The notes beneath the pieces are model-generated. The model made no database searches. It was not told the DNA's origin and worked only from the letters and a program-made list of their open reading frames with translations. A stretch of DNA of 64,000 bases from Anthoceros angustus (Eukaryota > Plantae > Anthocerotophyta), in NCBI GenBank assembly GCA_010909165.1, contig MU008178.1, positions 260,369 through 324,368 on the forward strand, given 5' to 3'. Made by a program: the position numbers and the translations under genes. This document shows, in pieces, positions 1-12,260 of this stretch; within the stretch, counting starts at the first letter, position 1, and each line of letters opens with the position of its first letter.

Positions 1-1559
1 CATATGTGGGTGAGAAAGTTTTAAATGAGTGTCTGTCAAAACAAATATGACTAGTGGCTCCAGAATCTAAAAACCAAGTTTCTACTTGAGAATGGACAGA
101 TGAAAGACAAACAGCTAAGATTGTGGGTGACTTAGCTTTTGTTGTTGTGACATTTGATTCAGGGAGACTTGTATCTCGTCAAGGCTCACCGGCCTTTTTC
201 TTCCGGCAATCCTTCTCAATATGGCCGGGTATCTTGCACCAATAGAAAATGTATCTGCTACATTTTTCCAGGAAGTGCGGCTGGGGCGCTCCATATGCTT
301 CCTTTTTTGCTATTTTGCCTGGTTGAAGGCAAGTGGGATGTATTCCCCTCTTCTATTTTTTTTTAGAGAAGCATAGCTACCCCATGAGGATTAACTACAT
401 GGGGTATGAGCAGAATCAAGGCTCTAATACCATAAAGAAGTTGGTAGCCTAGGATCGCATGTGCAAAGATCGTGCAAGAGGTAAGCAAGAGGGACAAGAG
501 CAAGTTGGAATCGAAAGATGATACAAATTACACACAAAGAAAGGGTCTTATACAAAAACGGTTATTGACGGTTATTAATTAACGAATAATAAAACTAAGC
601 CTAATTTAATTGTAACTGAAATCACCATTATGTTTTAACACATATCTATTCCAAAATAAGCTATATTCCATTATTTAGGCCACCTTAAAATATGCGGGAG
701 AGATTATTCTTCTGGTGTATTCCATCGATTGATAATAATATATATATTTATGCAGCTCATTGTAGCCTTTCGATCAATGCTTTGACAATTTCTTCCTTTC
801 ATCCACAAGTCGAATTCGGTGGGAGTCTAATGCGGCTCGGTAAACATATGCAACAAGCCGTGCAAAGACCATTTAGTGCAAGTATTGGATTGATTTGATC
901 AACCGTACTGGGTGCCGGCATTCCGCCGTCACGCTGGCATCCCCCATAGAGGTGGGCGCCGGCATGCCAGCGCCCTACTACATGTGGCACTACTTTTGCT
1001 GATGGCCAGCTGGGCGTGCACCAGTCCCGTGTCGTTGCAATATGGGGTCCGTTCCCAAGAGAATAACTTGTTCCGTTTGCGCACGTTTTCCTACTCGACA
1101 CCCTCCGTCGTCGAGGGACGATCGCTTTCCCGCAGTCACCCGCCCCTACGCGTCAACCCACATAGACTGTGGTTAATCTACCCTTCACTTACGGCACACT
1201 ACTTACTCACCGTACAGGCCCGGGATGGCCAAGCGTTTAAGGACCCGTTCTCGTTCGGAATCTTCCTCTCTTCACTTACCGCCCTCACTTCGTTTTCCCT
1301 ATCACTCTCGTTCGCACCCAAGGTGCCTAGTTGAAGTTCACGGTCGGGTGTATGTAGGTTACAGACCTCTGCGTCGCATCCACCAGGTCGTCGCGTCCGG
1401 GCTCTACACGCCCTTCTTGGAGTCCGGCTAATCGCGCCCGCTCCGGTCCGCCGGCCGCTGAACCTCTGCCCTGGAGGAGCAGGGGTCCTGAGTCCTCCGC
1501 ACCCGCACTCACCACCACGCATTTAGGGTCCGTCACCAGGACCTGGATCAGTCTCTCCG

Positions 1560-2014
1560 GAGTAGTCTACCCGCTCAGTGACTCGGGACTCGTGTTAGCA
1601 ATAGACACACAAGGGCCTGCAAATGTAACGCGCCATCAACCCCAAAAGAAAGATCCCTTTACTTTAATGGCAATCGCCCTCTTATACTACGTCATGAGGG
1701 AGCGCCTTTATTACCCCCCTAATTCAAGCTAATGGCCAGCTCACTATGCCCAAGCAGGTGGCTCTCCACTTCCCATATTTTCCTACCTATGTCTACGGCG
1801 GTGGGGCTGTGGTTGACTACGATTCCCCCCCGACGCTGGCAGCCCAATCCCCAGCTCTGGCACCTGCGGAGCACCCAATCGGATAATCCGTGACCCCCGG
1901 AGACCCGTGGAGGCTCGTCCCCTACCCTAATTCAGCCGTGCGCTGGAGGTGGGCCGACAATTCACTACCACTAGATCGTCCTCCTCCGAGTAGTCTACCC
2001 GCCGGTGACTCGGG
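1560..2014. repeat. Dispersed ~27-bp motif GAGTAGTCTACCCGC..GTGACTCGGG, two copies (1560-1587, 1988-2014), in a CT-rich, probably retroelement-derived region
   Basis: Direct comparison of the two stretches. The surrounding ORFs are low-complexity Ser/Pro-rich with no recognisable domain. Confidence 0.4.
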
Positions 2015-2789
2015 TCCTCTGGTGGGATCACATCCTTGGTCCGGAGCCCGTTCTTCCTGGGCTGGTCGAGGCTGACTCTCGACCATCCTTACCTCCACTC
2101 CCAAGGTCCGAACTACTGGGTTCGTTCCCTCCTCCGGAGTCCAGACCTTGGGGTTCGTCCTCTCCTCGTGAGTCCGGCCTGCTGGACTCGGGTCCTCTAC
2201 CGGTCTCCGGACGTCAAGTCCGGAGTTTCTCCCAAGGGTCTGGCTTCCAAGCCCGGACCGACTCTCCCTTCATCCCCCTGTCTCATCTCTTCCGACGCTA
2301 TGTCCCCTACCCGTTCCTCCGGGGCTCCCCTTCCTGCGTCCTCCTCCGGAGCTCTCTCTCCCCCTTCCAGTGTTGGGTGCGGCGGACCTACCTCTAGTCT
2401 TGTTGCTTCTGCCGCTCCACCCTCCTCTGGCCGACGTTCCTCCTTTGGCCCTCCCCGCTACTGCTCTCGTCAACGAATAGGGCTCCCAGATTCCCTGTAG
2501 CTGCGCTCTCCCCTAGGCCCTCGTCTCTCCAGGCCCCCTTCGACTCCTCTGGTGGTCCTTCAATCTCGGCGGCATGGTATACTGCTCCTACTGCCTTCAC
2601 GAGCTCCGCGTGATAATACGCAAAATCGGAGTCGACGTGTTGGATGGCCTTCTCCACATGAGCACGGAGCACTCGATACTCCCGCCGCCAGAGATTCTCC
2701 AGTAGCTGGGCATGCCTGGTTGCTTGCTGCGCCATTCCCATTGCGAGGTCGTCCAAAGCTTGAGCACTTCCTACATGTCAATCACAGAT

Positions 2790-3247
2790 GGGAACTCTAC
2801 CAACAGTTCTGGAAGATCCAACAACAAGGCTCAGTATAAGACTAATGTGACAAATTTCTAGAGTTAACCTTGGACATGCCACGTTTGGATCAGTCCAGGA
2901 AGATTCAACAACAAAGCTCAGTATAACACTACGGTGACAAATTTCTAGAATTAACCTTGAACATGGCACGTTTGGATGAAGAACAGCAGATCGAAAAATT
3001 CATCCACTTGTACGTGGATGCTATAAAAGCTGCCATCAACTATGGAAGTAACAAATACAAGTACCTCAACTCGGCGAACCAAGCAGCCAACACAGTGGAG
3101 AAGAAATCGGTGTTCAAGATCATGTCCGAAGATGAGAAGAAGAAGTACCACAAAACGAGGATGTGCTTCACCTGCACATCAACTGAGCATGGGTCACCGA
3201 ACATGCCCATATTGACAGGACTTCATCAAATGGCTAACCATGTGTAA
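2790..3247 (+). mobile_element. Degenerate LTR-retrotransposon (Ty3/gypsy-like) Gag remnant with eroded zinc knuckle
   Basis: WKIQQQGSV...KFLEL resembles the retrotransposon Gag Q-x-GSV-x-x-Y-x-x-x-F signature. CFTCTSTEHGSPNM is a CX2CX4HX4C knuckle with the last Cys lost. In-frame stops are present. Confidence 0.55.
2811..2977 (+). repeat. 87-bp-period tandem duplication inside the Gag remnant
   Basis: GGAAGATCCAACAACAAGGCTCAGTATAA...CACGTTTGGAT at 2811-2890 recurs with few substitutions at 2898-2977. Confidence 0.85.
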
Positions 3248-3402
3248 GAGACTTGGGAAGTCAAGCACGAACTACTCTTGAATCATACTTGATTAATGAT
3301 AATTATGAATACCTCAAAATTCTGATTAAATACTATTATCTGAAACGACACTTAAGTAACCCTAAATAAACTAGTGAGCTTGTGGGCTAGAGATGCTATC
3401 TT

Positions 3403-5170
3403 AACACTCCCACTCAGCTTTAGGCCCATAATGATTTGCTTCTAAGAAAACAACTATCATTAAGTAATAGCTTGACAATTGGATCTGGACTAAAAGGCTT
3501 CATCCTCTCTTGCTACTTGGGTAGCTCGCACTCAAACTAGGGAAGCTATTACTTTGTCGTAGATTTGGCTTCTGAAGCTAATGTAATAATGACACGCCCA
3601 TCAATTACTCCAAGTTCTTCCCTATTTTTGTTATGCTTGTAGGTTGGAAGGGATTTAGTGAATATATCTGTAGTGTTATCCTTGGTATTCACATAAGTAA
3701 CTATCACCTGATCCCTTGCGATAATATTTCGGATATAATGGTGATAAAGCTCAATATGTTTCGATGGCTCTAATCATAATGTTGGAAGTACGGGTAAGTG
3801 CACGCTTTGATGGTCAAAAACGTGCTAGTAGCATGAAATTTAGGACTAAAGTTATTGCGGACATGTTGTCACAATTGAGCAAGGTAGGCTGAAGTTGAGG
3901 GCACTTAATATCATGAAGAAGGGAGCGCTCCCATTTAGCCTTCTTATCTGCTTCGGTAAGAGCCTTATACTCGGCCCCCGTGGAACTCAAAGCTAGGCTT
4001 GTCTACTTCTTACAATGCCAACTTATGGAAGCTCCAGTTAAAAGAAAACAGCTAAGTGAAGATGCTCTTGCGATCATCCACTTTAGAGGCCCAATCAGCA
4101 TATATGAAACCAATAAGCTCAAACTCTTGTCTACATGTAGAGGTATAGCAAATGCCATGTGTGGAGGTTCCTTTTAGATACTGTAAGATCCTCTTAATGG
4201 CTACCTAGTGTATACACTGCATGGATTATGCAGGTATTGAGTAGCAGAATTAACTAAATACATAATGTCCGGCCGAATCCAGTTTGCAAGGTATAGAAGA
4301 CAACCCAAACAAGCGCCATACGGAATAGTGAGCATATCCTCACGCTTGGCATCACTTTGTGGGCAATCCTGTAAAGAGAGTTTCATACCTACGACCCCTG
4401 GAGTCGAAACAGGGCGAGCCAGTTCCAAATGAAATCAAGCTAAGGTTTCGCGCATATACTTTTGTTGATGCATAAAAAAATTGGCCGTTACGGCGATCCC
4501 GAAGGACCTTATGCCAAGACACCAGCGAAAAATCTCTTTATCCTTCATCTCAAATTATGATGCTCTTAACATATCCTTAACCGAGTTAATTAACTGCATA
4601 CTAATACTAAATATACAAACATCATCAACATGTAAGGCTAAAATAATAAAATGTGATCCGTCAACTAAATAGGAACATTACTATCAGCATGGCTTCGAGT
4701 AAAGCCAAGGAATTTCAAGCGGCCATCACATTGAAAATACCAAAGGTGAGCATTTTGTTTCAACCCAGAAGGGCCCCTTAGCAACTTACAAAGAAGCTCT
4801 GAGTCGAGATCTTCAAAGCCTTCAGGTTGCCACATATAAATCTATTCTTTGAGTTGTCCATATAGAAAGGCTGTGCATGCATCCATTTGGTGTACTTTCA
4901 AGTCTAACTCAGCTGCTAGGACTAAGATTGTGCCTTGACTACCGGGGAAAAGGTTTCTTGATAATCGACACCAGCAACTTGGTTTTATCCTTTAGCAACT
5001 AAGTCCTCTCGATAGAACCATTGGCATTCAACTTAGTCTTAAAAACCCACTTGCACAAAATTGCCTTTCGTCCAGGTGGAAGAGGAACTAGGTCCCAAGT
5101 GTGGTTCTTAATTAGAGAGTTGTATTCGGACTCGATAGCCGCCTTCCAACCTGCACCATTTGGCTCATTC
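3403..5170 (-). mobile_element. Ty1/copia retrotransposon remnant (RT, RNase H, polypurine tract and 3' LTR start)
   Basis: Minus strand reads WKAAIESEYNSLIKNHTWDLVPLPPGRKAILCKWVFK (RT start, ~5040-5150), PYGACLGCLLYLANWIRPDIMY (4201-4428) and DNTTDIFTKS (RNase H end, ~3655-3690). A purine tract GAGTGGGAG is followed by TGTTAAG at ~3406. Many stops and frameshifts. Confidence 0.8.
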
Positions 5171-5635
5171 AAGGCCTCGTTATAGGTTGCTGGTTCTCCA
5201 TCTAAGGTTAATAAAGCATGCGCAATTAAAGTGGAGATATCAGGAATATCTGTATTGTCCTCAATATTTGTTACAATATTTTCTTCAAATTCCTCTTCCT
5301 GTTCAGATACTCAATCATCTGAATGCCTTGAAACATCTGGGCCGGCCCATCCTCTTCATCTGAAGGCCTATTTGGACAAGAAGACAATGAGTTTGACTCA
5401 TTATCTTTTTCATATTCCACAAATGCCAGCTCTCCCTATGCAAAAGGTTCAAGTCCTTGGCGAGTACTCCTGTATGACATTTCTCGACTGTAAATTTTGA
5501 TAGATTGTGTTATCGCTTCGCACAAGACCCTGTACACAGCTCTCCCAACCTGAACATAGAAATTCCAACATCACCATTCCTTAGCACAAGACATGAATGT
5601 TTCCGACTTACGTTTTAAAGGCACAAGCAAAGACA

Positions 5636-6260
5636 TCACATGTTATCGCAAATGACAATTATAGTCTGTGCACGCATCGCCTCACGGAATTTCAGAAATA
5701 AGCCCCTGGGCTCGCACTTCCAGGCATTGTAGTTAGATACACTCAGTGCAAATACACTGTACTCGTCTGTTGTCAGAAGAAGAGAGTCAAATTCATAGGG
5801 CCTTCCTGTGCAGAGTACCTGCAACTCTGGTTCCTCGTGCTCCAAGGCAAGTGGTGCCCACACAACCCAACCAGCCCTCGCTCTTTGGTTCAGCAGAGCT
5901 CCCGCGTGTCTATACATCCACAACTTTAGCATTGGAGTCCACACAACGTTCTCTGCGTCTGGCTCCCTAGCTAGCCTGAGTGAAAAACTTTTCCTTCTCA
6001 AGCACAACTGTCTCTTCAACCTGATTAGTATGGCGCCGGATCATCACAGACTCCTCATATGAATAAGGCGAGGGGATTGGGTTCCCAGCACATACTGCCT
6101 TCGACCTTGGGGATTTAGGAACACCCGACTTCTCTCCGCTAAAAAACAAGAGCCTTGCTGGTGCTCGCCTTTGCAGACCCAATAGATGCAGACTTCCCAG
6201 AAACTTGCGCTCCCCCCTAAAACAGTATGGATTGTGGGGATGGGATTGCCTCCCGAACAT
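5636..6260 (-). mobile_element. Degenerate RT-connection/RNase H-like remnant (Ty3/gypsy- or DIRS-type)
   Basis: RKFLGSL; LLLTTD; NY..W.CE...LKFREAMRAQTIIVICDN loosely matches the retroelement RNase H pattern TD...NY...E...KFR...V.TD. Heavily eroded. Confidence 0.4.
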
Positions 6261-7810
6261 GCCGAAATTGGTGCATCTTGTTGTGCGGCCTCACCCACGG
6301 GCAGATTGTCAACCTTCTTAGGTTTTGCCTTCCACTGCTTTTTGGGATTCTCCACATGATCTGGAGCCACCAGGGGGCCTTTGGACAAGTCCTTCTTGCT
6401 GCGTCACCCGCTAGCCATGTTGCTGGTGACAAGAGAGAGCAGAACACGAAAATTAGAGACAAGCGATGCAAGAAGGAATGAACCACAGGCCAGAAAACAT
6501 CAACCTCGAGAGGACACCAACCTTGGCCTAGACGATTTCTCCAATTCCTCCGGTGGTGGCCGCTTCACTCGTTGCGAGCGAGCCTGATTGTGTCACGACC
6601 GACAACCAACTCGAGCACCTATAGTCCTTGCGCCCACAATCCATCAGCGTCGCACAGCACAGAACCCGCTCTTTGGAATATCTGAATTACGCTCACTCCA
6701 TCATAGAAGAGGGGTGCGGATAGCTGTTCCAGTTGCGGATTACCCTAATACTATCGATAGGCATATCCCTAAAAGGACATGCAAAATTGGATCTACTGTT
6801 GGTCATCCTTCTTTATGGGAGATCGGTATTTGTCTAACTTCTCAAGCCAATCGGAAGTGCTTGACGTCCTTGTCATTTCCATTAAACGTAGATGTCCCTT
6901 GGTCTCAACATGTGTTCTTCTCCCTGATGCTTAGCTTGCTCAAGATAGGCCTTTCCTCGTTGAGCTTCCCAGTGTCATAGCGGAGGAGCTGAAGACACCA
7001 TACCAAGGCTCTAATATCTTTGTTGTTACCTTCTCCAGGTCTAGGCAACAAATTGACAACCAACTTCTTAAGGTACTCGTCCTCCACGCTTTTTCTTGGG
7101 TCACCCGGTTCGGCGGAGGTCTTAAGATTCACTGACAGTTTGATGTTTCTGCAATTGTTGGCTTTGTGCAACCTGGATTCGGCTGGGGTGGGCGTCGGGT
7201 ATCCTTGACCAACGGCGTACGCCGTGGGAAGTCTGCTGCGACTAGCCAGGGTGTTTGGGAGGGGTCGATCGGGCCTGGCTGTTTGAGTGCCTGGAGGTTG
7301 CCATCCAGCTGTTGCTCTAGCCGAGCCTGACCTTCCTCCCACTGAGCTTCCACCCTGCCAAGGGAGTGAGTAGCTCTGATATGAAAGGCAACGTGCTGGA
7401 GATTGCTGGGTTTAGCAACGTGTAGCTTGGTCTCGAATGGTCTTTTTCGATTTTTGTGTCTCGTGTACAAGAAGGGTCTTGGCCTGGGTCGGGCCAAGAA
7501 TCGGGGTGTAACCAAATACGGCTACAAGTTCGAACCTCTAACTACAGCCTAAGTGTGGTTTTCTATTTGCCTAAACTAGGTTTATGTTCTTATTACGGTC
7601 TGGTATTTACATTGATTACTGGCTTGCTATTTGCTCACCGTTTTGTCGAACGGGACGTATAGACTCCCTAGGGCTGGCAATGAGACGACGTGAGCAGGCC
7701 TGTGCTTGCGGCCGTCACCTCGATTCCGCTAGTTCCGATCAAGCTGTGATGGCGTTGCATGAAGTCCGAGTCGGAAACCGGTATCAGGTAGAGCCTGGGT
7801 AATGTGTGTC

Positions 7811-8018
7811 CAAATGGCTTAGGCCAAATGGAAACACATTTATAAGAACGTCATGATTAAGCATCATGCGCTTAGTACTTAGATGGGGTGCTTAAAGGGA
7901 GTGGATGCCCTTAGTGCAAGTAGCTTAGGCACACATGGTACAAGTTGTTAAGTACCAAGTCCCATGGCAGAAATCCGTCCTTAGTGGACTTCAATAAAAT
8001 TCTTCAACTTCTTCTTCC
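7811..8018 (+). repeat. Left arm of a ~210-240 bp inverted repeat (partner at 17729-17965)
   Basis: Reverse complement reads GGACTTGGTACTTAACAACTTGTACCATG..CTAAGCTACTTGCACTAAGGGCATCCACTCCCTTTAAGCACCCCATCTAAG..GCCTAAGCCATTTG, matching 17729-17965. Confidence 0.9.
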
Positions 8019-8399
8019 CATCCACTTGGAACGGGCCCATTATAAAAACATTGCGGAATTTCCATATCGCTTCCGGTGGCCTCAAACACGGGTACCTATC
8101 CATGTAAACGAGACCCGTTAAAAACCTAGGAGAAACACAACTTTCTCAATTAAGGAACTTAAGACTTTTGTCCATTTCATCCCCGTCAGCGAAAAAGGTT
8201 CAGGGTTCGGGTTTATGGGAACCCGGGCTTATTAAACTGGAAACCTAGAACGGGTGCCGGTGGAGACGCGTGGACTATTATAAGCTTCGGTTCTCTTTTC
8301 CTCTCCTTCCTCTTCTGCCCCATTTCGTGCGCGATGGGAGTGTTGTATGTTGGGGCGAGCAGGGGGCTGGGGGCCAGAAGAAGCATGGAGTAGAGGAGG

Positions 8400-8664
8400 A
8401 AGTGCTTGGGGCAAAGTTTAGCGCAACAGGCAGAATAAGCACCAGGGATTGGCAAGAGGAGGAGGAGGAGGAAGAGGAACTGGAAGAGCAGGAAGAAGAG
8501 CAGCACCGAGGAGGAGGAGGAGGAGGAGGAGGGGAAGGGAGAGGGAGAGGAGGAACAGGAAGAGGCAGGAGGAGGAGGAGGAGGAAGGGAGAGGAGAGGA
8601 GGAACAGGAAGAGGCAGGAGGAGGAGGAGGAGGAAGAGGGAGAGCAGGAAGAAGGGCAGGAGCC
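8400..8664 (+). repeat. Purine-rich (GAG/GGA)n low-complexity leader with an internal duplicated unit, upstream of the ALIX start
   Basis: Near-pure A/G tract. GAGAGGAGGAACAGGAAGAGGCAGGAGGAGGAGGAGGAGGAAG occurs twice in tandem. Confidence 0.8.
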
Positions 8665-11600
8665 ATGGCGGCAGCCAGCATCACCATCAACGTGATGCTG
8701 GCTATCCACGCGAAGCGCACCACGAGCGTGGACATGTACAAGCCGCTGCGGCAGTACATCGTGGCGCACTACTCGGAGCGGGATGCGCAGGATCTGGAGG
8801 AGGATCTGCAGCTGGTGCAGCAGATGCGCAGCGAGGTGGACAAGGCAGGGGACACTCTGGAGGCGAGGCGGGATCTGCTGCAACGATACTTCCGGGCGCT
8901 CACGGTGATGGAGTCGCGCTTCCCCATCTCCACGGAGCGGGAGCACGTGAACACGCTCGTCTTCACCTGGTACGACGCCTTCAAGCAGGGGAGGAAGGCT
9001 GCGCAGCACAACATCCACTTCGAGAAGGCCGCCATCGCCTTCAACCTGGGCGCGGTGCATTCGCAGCTGGCGCTGTCCGCGGACAGGACCTCGGCGGCCG
9101 GGCTGAAGCAGGCCTGCAACGCCTTCATGTCGGCGGCGGGAGCCTTCGCCTTCCTGCGGGATCACGTGTCCATGAAGGCGTCGGGCCCGGCGTCGACGCT
9201 GGACATCACGGTGGAGTGCGCGGGGATGCTGGAGCGGCTCATGCTGGCGCAGGCTCAGGAGTGCTTCTTCGAGAAGGTGCTGGCGGACAGCAAGCCGTCC
9301 TCGCTCTGCTCCAAGGTGGCCAAGCATGTGGGGCTGTACTACGAGGAGGCGTACGCGGCGCTGGTGCTGCCGCCCTTGAACCAGCATTTCGACAGGACCT
9401 GGGTGGCGCATGTGCAGCTCAAGGCGGCGCAGTTCCAGGCCGAGGCCTGCTACCGCGCGGCGCTGGATCTGCACGAGAAGGAGAACATTGCGGAGGAGAT
9501 TGCCAGGCTCAGGGCCGCTAGTGGGTTGTTGGCGGAGGCCCGGAAATCGGCCAAGGGGGTTGTCAATCCGCTGCTGGATGCTGTGGCCAAGCTCGAGGGC
9601 AATGTGAATCGGAAGCTGGAGGTGGCCGTGAAGGAGAATGACAGGGTTTACTTGCAGCGGGTGCCGAATCCGGATTCGCTTCCGCCGCTGCCGGCTGCGT
9701 CGCTGGTGAAATCCGCGTCCTTGGTTGAGGTTCTTGATGCCAGCAAGGAGAGGATGTTTGCGAGCCTGGTGCCGGATAGCAGCGCCAAGGCCTTGTCCAA
9801 GTACACGGAGATGGTGGATGATATCATCAGGGCGCAGGCTGAGAAGCTGCAGCAGGAGAGCGATATTACTAGGGTGAAGCTGAGGGAGATGGATTTGCCC
9901 GACTCGCTTCTTGCCCTAGAGGGCAGTGCGGGCCTGCCGGAGCAACTAAGGGAGGATGTGGAGGCTGTGCAGATTGATGGGTGCCCGGCGGGGTTGGAGA
10001 CGGAGCTGAAGCAGTTGAAGGATCTGAGGCGGGTGAATGAAGAGCTCCTGGCTCAGACCGAGGAGCTGCTGGAGAAGGAGGCCAGAGAGGACGCCCAGAT
10101 CCGGGCGCAGTTCGGTACTCGTTGGAACAGACCGCAGTCCAGCATCCTGACGAAGAATTTGCGGGATCGTGCCAACGGCTTCGCCGCTAACCTGAAGCAG
10201 GCGGGGGACAGCGACGCCAGGATTGAGCGCAGCATCAGGGACAATTATCCTGTCATGGCAATCCTGGATACCAGGCCGGTCAGTCCTTGTCCTGCCATCT
10301 CTCACTCGTTCATTTACTCACTCACTCACTCACTCAGGGGGCTCCAGCGTTGTGATTTAGTGTTCTGAATGGTTGGTTGTTTCTCCTTGATGGGCAGATT
10401 GAGGCAGCTTTACCCAGCTTGGGCAGACCAATCATGTCTCTCAACAGCGACGAGGACTCTATCGTTGGTTCTTTGCGTCAGCTACTGGTATGCAGCTAAT
10501 TCTTCTTTGCCTGAGCTATGTCCCGTTTCCTTCCCCTTTTTCTCCCCTAATTTCTGCTGGTTCTGGCCTCCAGGGAGAATTGGAGATGCTTGGTTCCCAG
10601 CGAGCAGGCATTGAGGACATGCTGAAGGAGATGAAAAGAAAGGTTGGTACCAACCCGATCTGCCCTGGCGGTTCATGATCATGTAGTTTGGTTGCCTGCA
10701 CGTTACAAGTACAGTCAAGTTCACCAAGTTCGTGCCATTGCTGCAGGACAACATTCTTCCGAAGCTGATGACAACCTCTGGCTCGTACGAGGATCTGTTC
10801 AAGAAGGAACTCGCCAAGTACGACCCCATTTGTTTAGAAGTGAAGAGGAATGTGGAATCCCAGGACAGACTTCTTCAGCAGATTAAGGTGAGAGCAGGAG
10901 TGGTGTCGCAGGAGGTGGTCTTGTTCAGCTTGTCATTCCCTTTGCAATCTGACCGTGACTGTGTGTCTCTACAGAGCACAAATCATGCGTTCGCATCGAC
11001 TTTCAACTTGGATGACTACAACGGTAAGGAGCACCTAGTCTTGGCAGCAATCTCGCGCGACCCATACGACGACATGTATCGAGTTCTGATGATGCATGCT
11101 TTGTGTTGCCTGCTTTGTTTACAGCTGCCAAAGAGCGGGTGCTGAAACAGATAACAGCTGCCGTCGCCAAGTATCGGGAGATCCGGGACAACATCAATGA
11201 AGGCCTCAAGTTTTACGTCACCCTTCAAGTGAGTCTGCCATTTCACTTATCCATGACCGAGTTATCTGCAACGAAGGCCTGCATGACTCGTTTTAATCGG
11301 TCTCGTGTATTGTATGCTCCAGGATGCCATCAACAACTTGAATCAGCAGTGCAGTGACTTCGTAATGACACGCAGCATTCAGTCGCGGGAACTGATCGAC
11401 GATCTGCAGCGCCAAGTGGCTGGACTATCCTTAGGCAGCAGTGGTGGCAGCGGTATCAAGAACCCGGATCCCAGGGACAGCAGCAGCGCATACCCAGCTG
11501 TAGGACATCCTCCTCAAAGACCAGCTCCAGGCGTGCCCCCTCAGCCTCCTCCCTACTTCCACCACCATCCCCAATCGTCTCCTCCTGACCAGTACCATCC

Positions 11601-11919
11601 TCCCGCTCCCGCTCCCGCTCCCTACCCACCTCATCAACAACAACAGCAGCCGCAAGGCCAGCAGCAGCAGCAGCAGCAGGGCCAGCAGCCGGGCGGCCAT
11701 AGCCCATATTACCCTTCTTCCCACCAAGGCTCCCACCAAAGCCAGAACAACCCTCCCGCTCCTTACTACAACCAGCAGCAGCAGCAACCTAGCTACGGCC
11801 AAGCTCCCTACTCGGGCTGGCAACCTCCTTATCAAAATGTTCCACCCTACTACTCCGGCCAGCCTCCTCCCCCTTACCCGCCTCCATCAGGCCCCCAAGG
11901 TGGCTACTACAAGCAATAA
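8665..11919 (+). CDS. ALIX: ALIX / BRO1-domain ESCRT-associated protein (BRO1 + V domain + Pro/Gln-rich tail), 7 exons
   Basis: ATG at 8665 (MAAASITINVMLAIHAK). BRO1 motifs FTWYDAF, FEKAA.AFNLGA, ENDRVYLQRVP. Exon 1 ends at 10278. GT-AG introns join IEAALPSLGRP, GELEMLGSQR, DNILPKLM, STNHAF, AKERV..GLKFYVTLQ and DAINNL...GGYYKQ*. Confidence 0.95.
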
Positions 11920-12260
11920 TGTATGTTTGTTTTCGTAGACAGATTATGGCTTGTGTAAGATCGCGGATTGTACAGACCATTTGTTGGAAGTGAAAAGAAT
12001 CGGTCTTTTGGGCCACAAATAATGCAGCAGCAACGTGCACGTTTCTTTGTCTCCCTTCCTTCCCCTCTCTCTCTCCCCGCGCCTCTCCTACGCCAGGCAT
12101 TCCATTCAATCAGACCGGTGGAGTGAAGTGAAGTGGAGATTCCGTGCAGCTTCTGTTTGTTCAATCAATGAGCCTTCGGCAGCCTCATTGCCTGCAGCGT
12201 CCAGACCGAAGCTTGAATCGCGAATTGTGAAGCAGGGATTCGCAGCTTGAGAGGGTAGCG

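Noticed and set aside
1520-1538. TGGTGACGGACCCTAAATG on the minus strand as a primer-binding site
   Set aside because: Not preceded by an LTR CA end, and I cannot match it to a tRNA 3' end beyond TGGTGAC.
1890-2756. Several overlapping Ser/Pro/Arg-rich ORFs
   Set aside because: Low-complexity CT-rich DNA that is open in many frames; no recognisable motif.
6905-7515. Minus-strand ORFs of 145 and 128 aa
   Set aside because: No motif I can support; most likely retroelement debris.
8449-8664. 72-aa Gly/Arg/Glu N-terminal extension of ALIX in the ORF track
   Set aside because: Starts at TTG and is a translation of the (GAG)n tract. Family-like sequence begins at ATG 8665.
8278-9474. 398-aa ORF on the minus strand
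   Set aside because: Antisense shadow of the GC3-rich ALIX exon plus the purine tract; no domain-like sequence.
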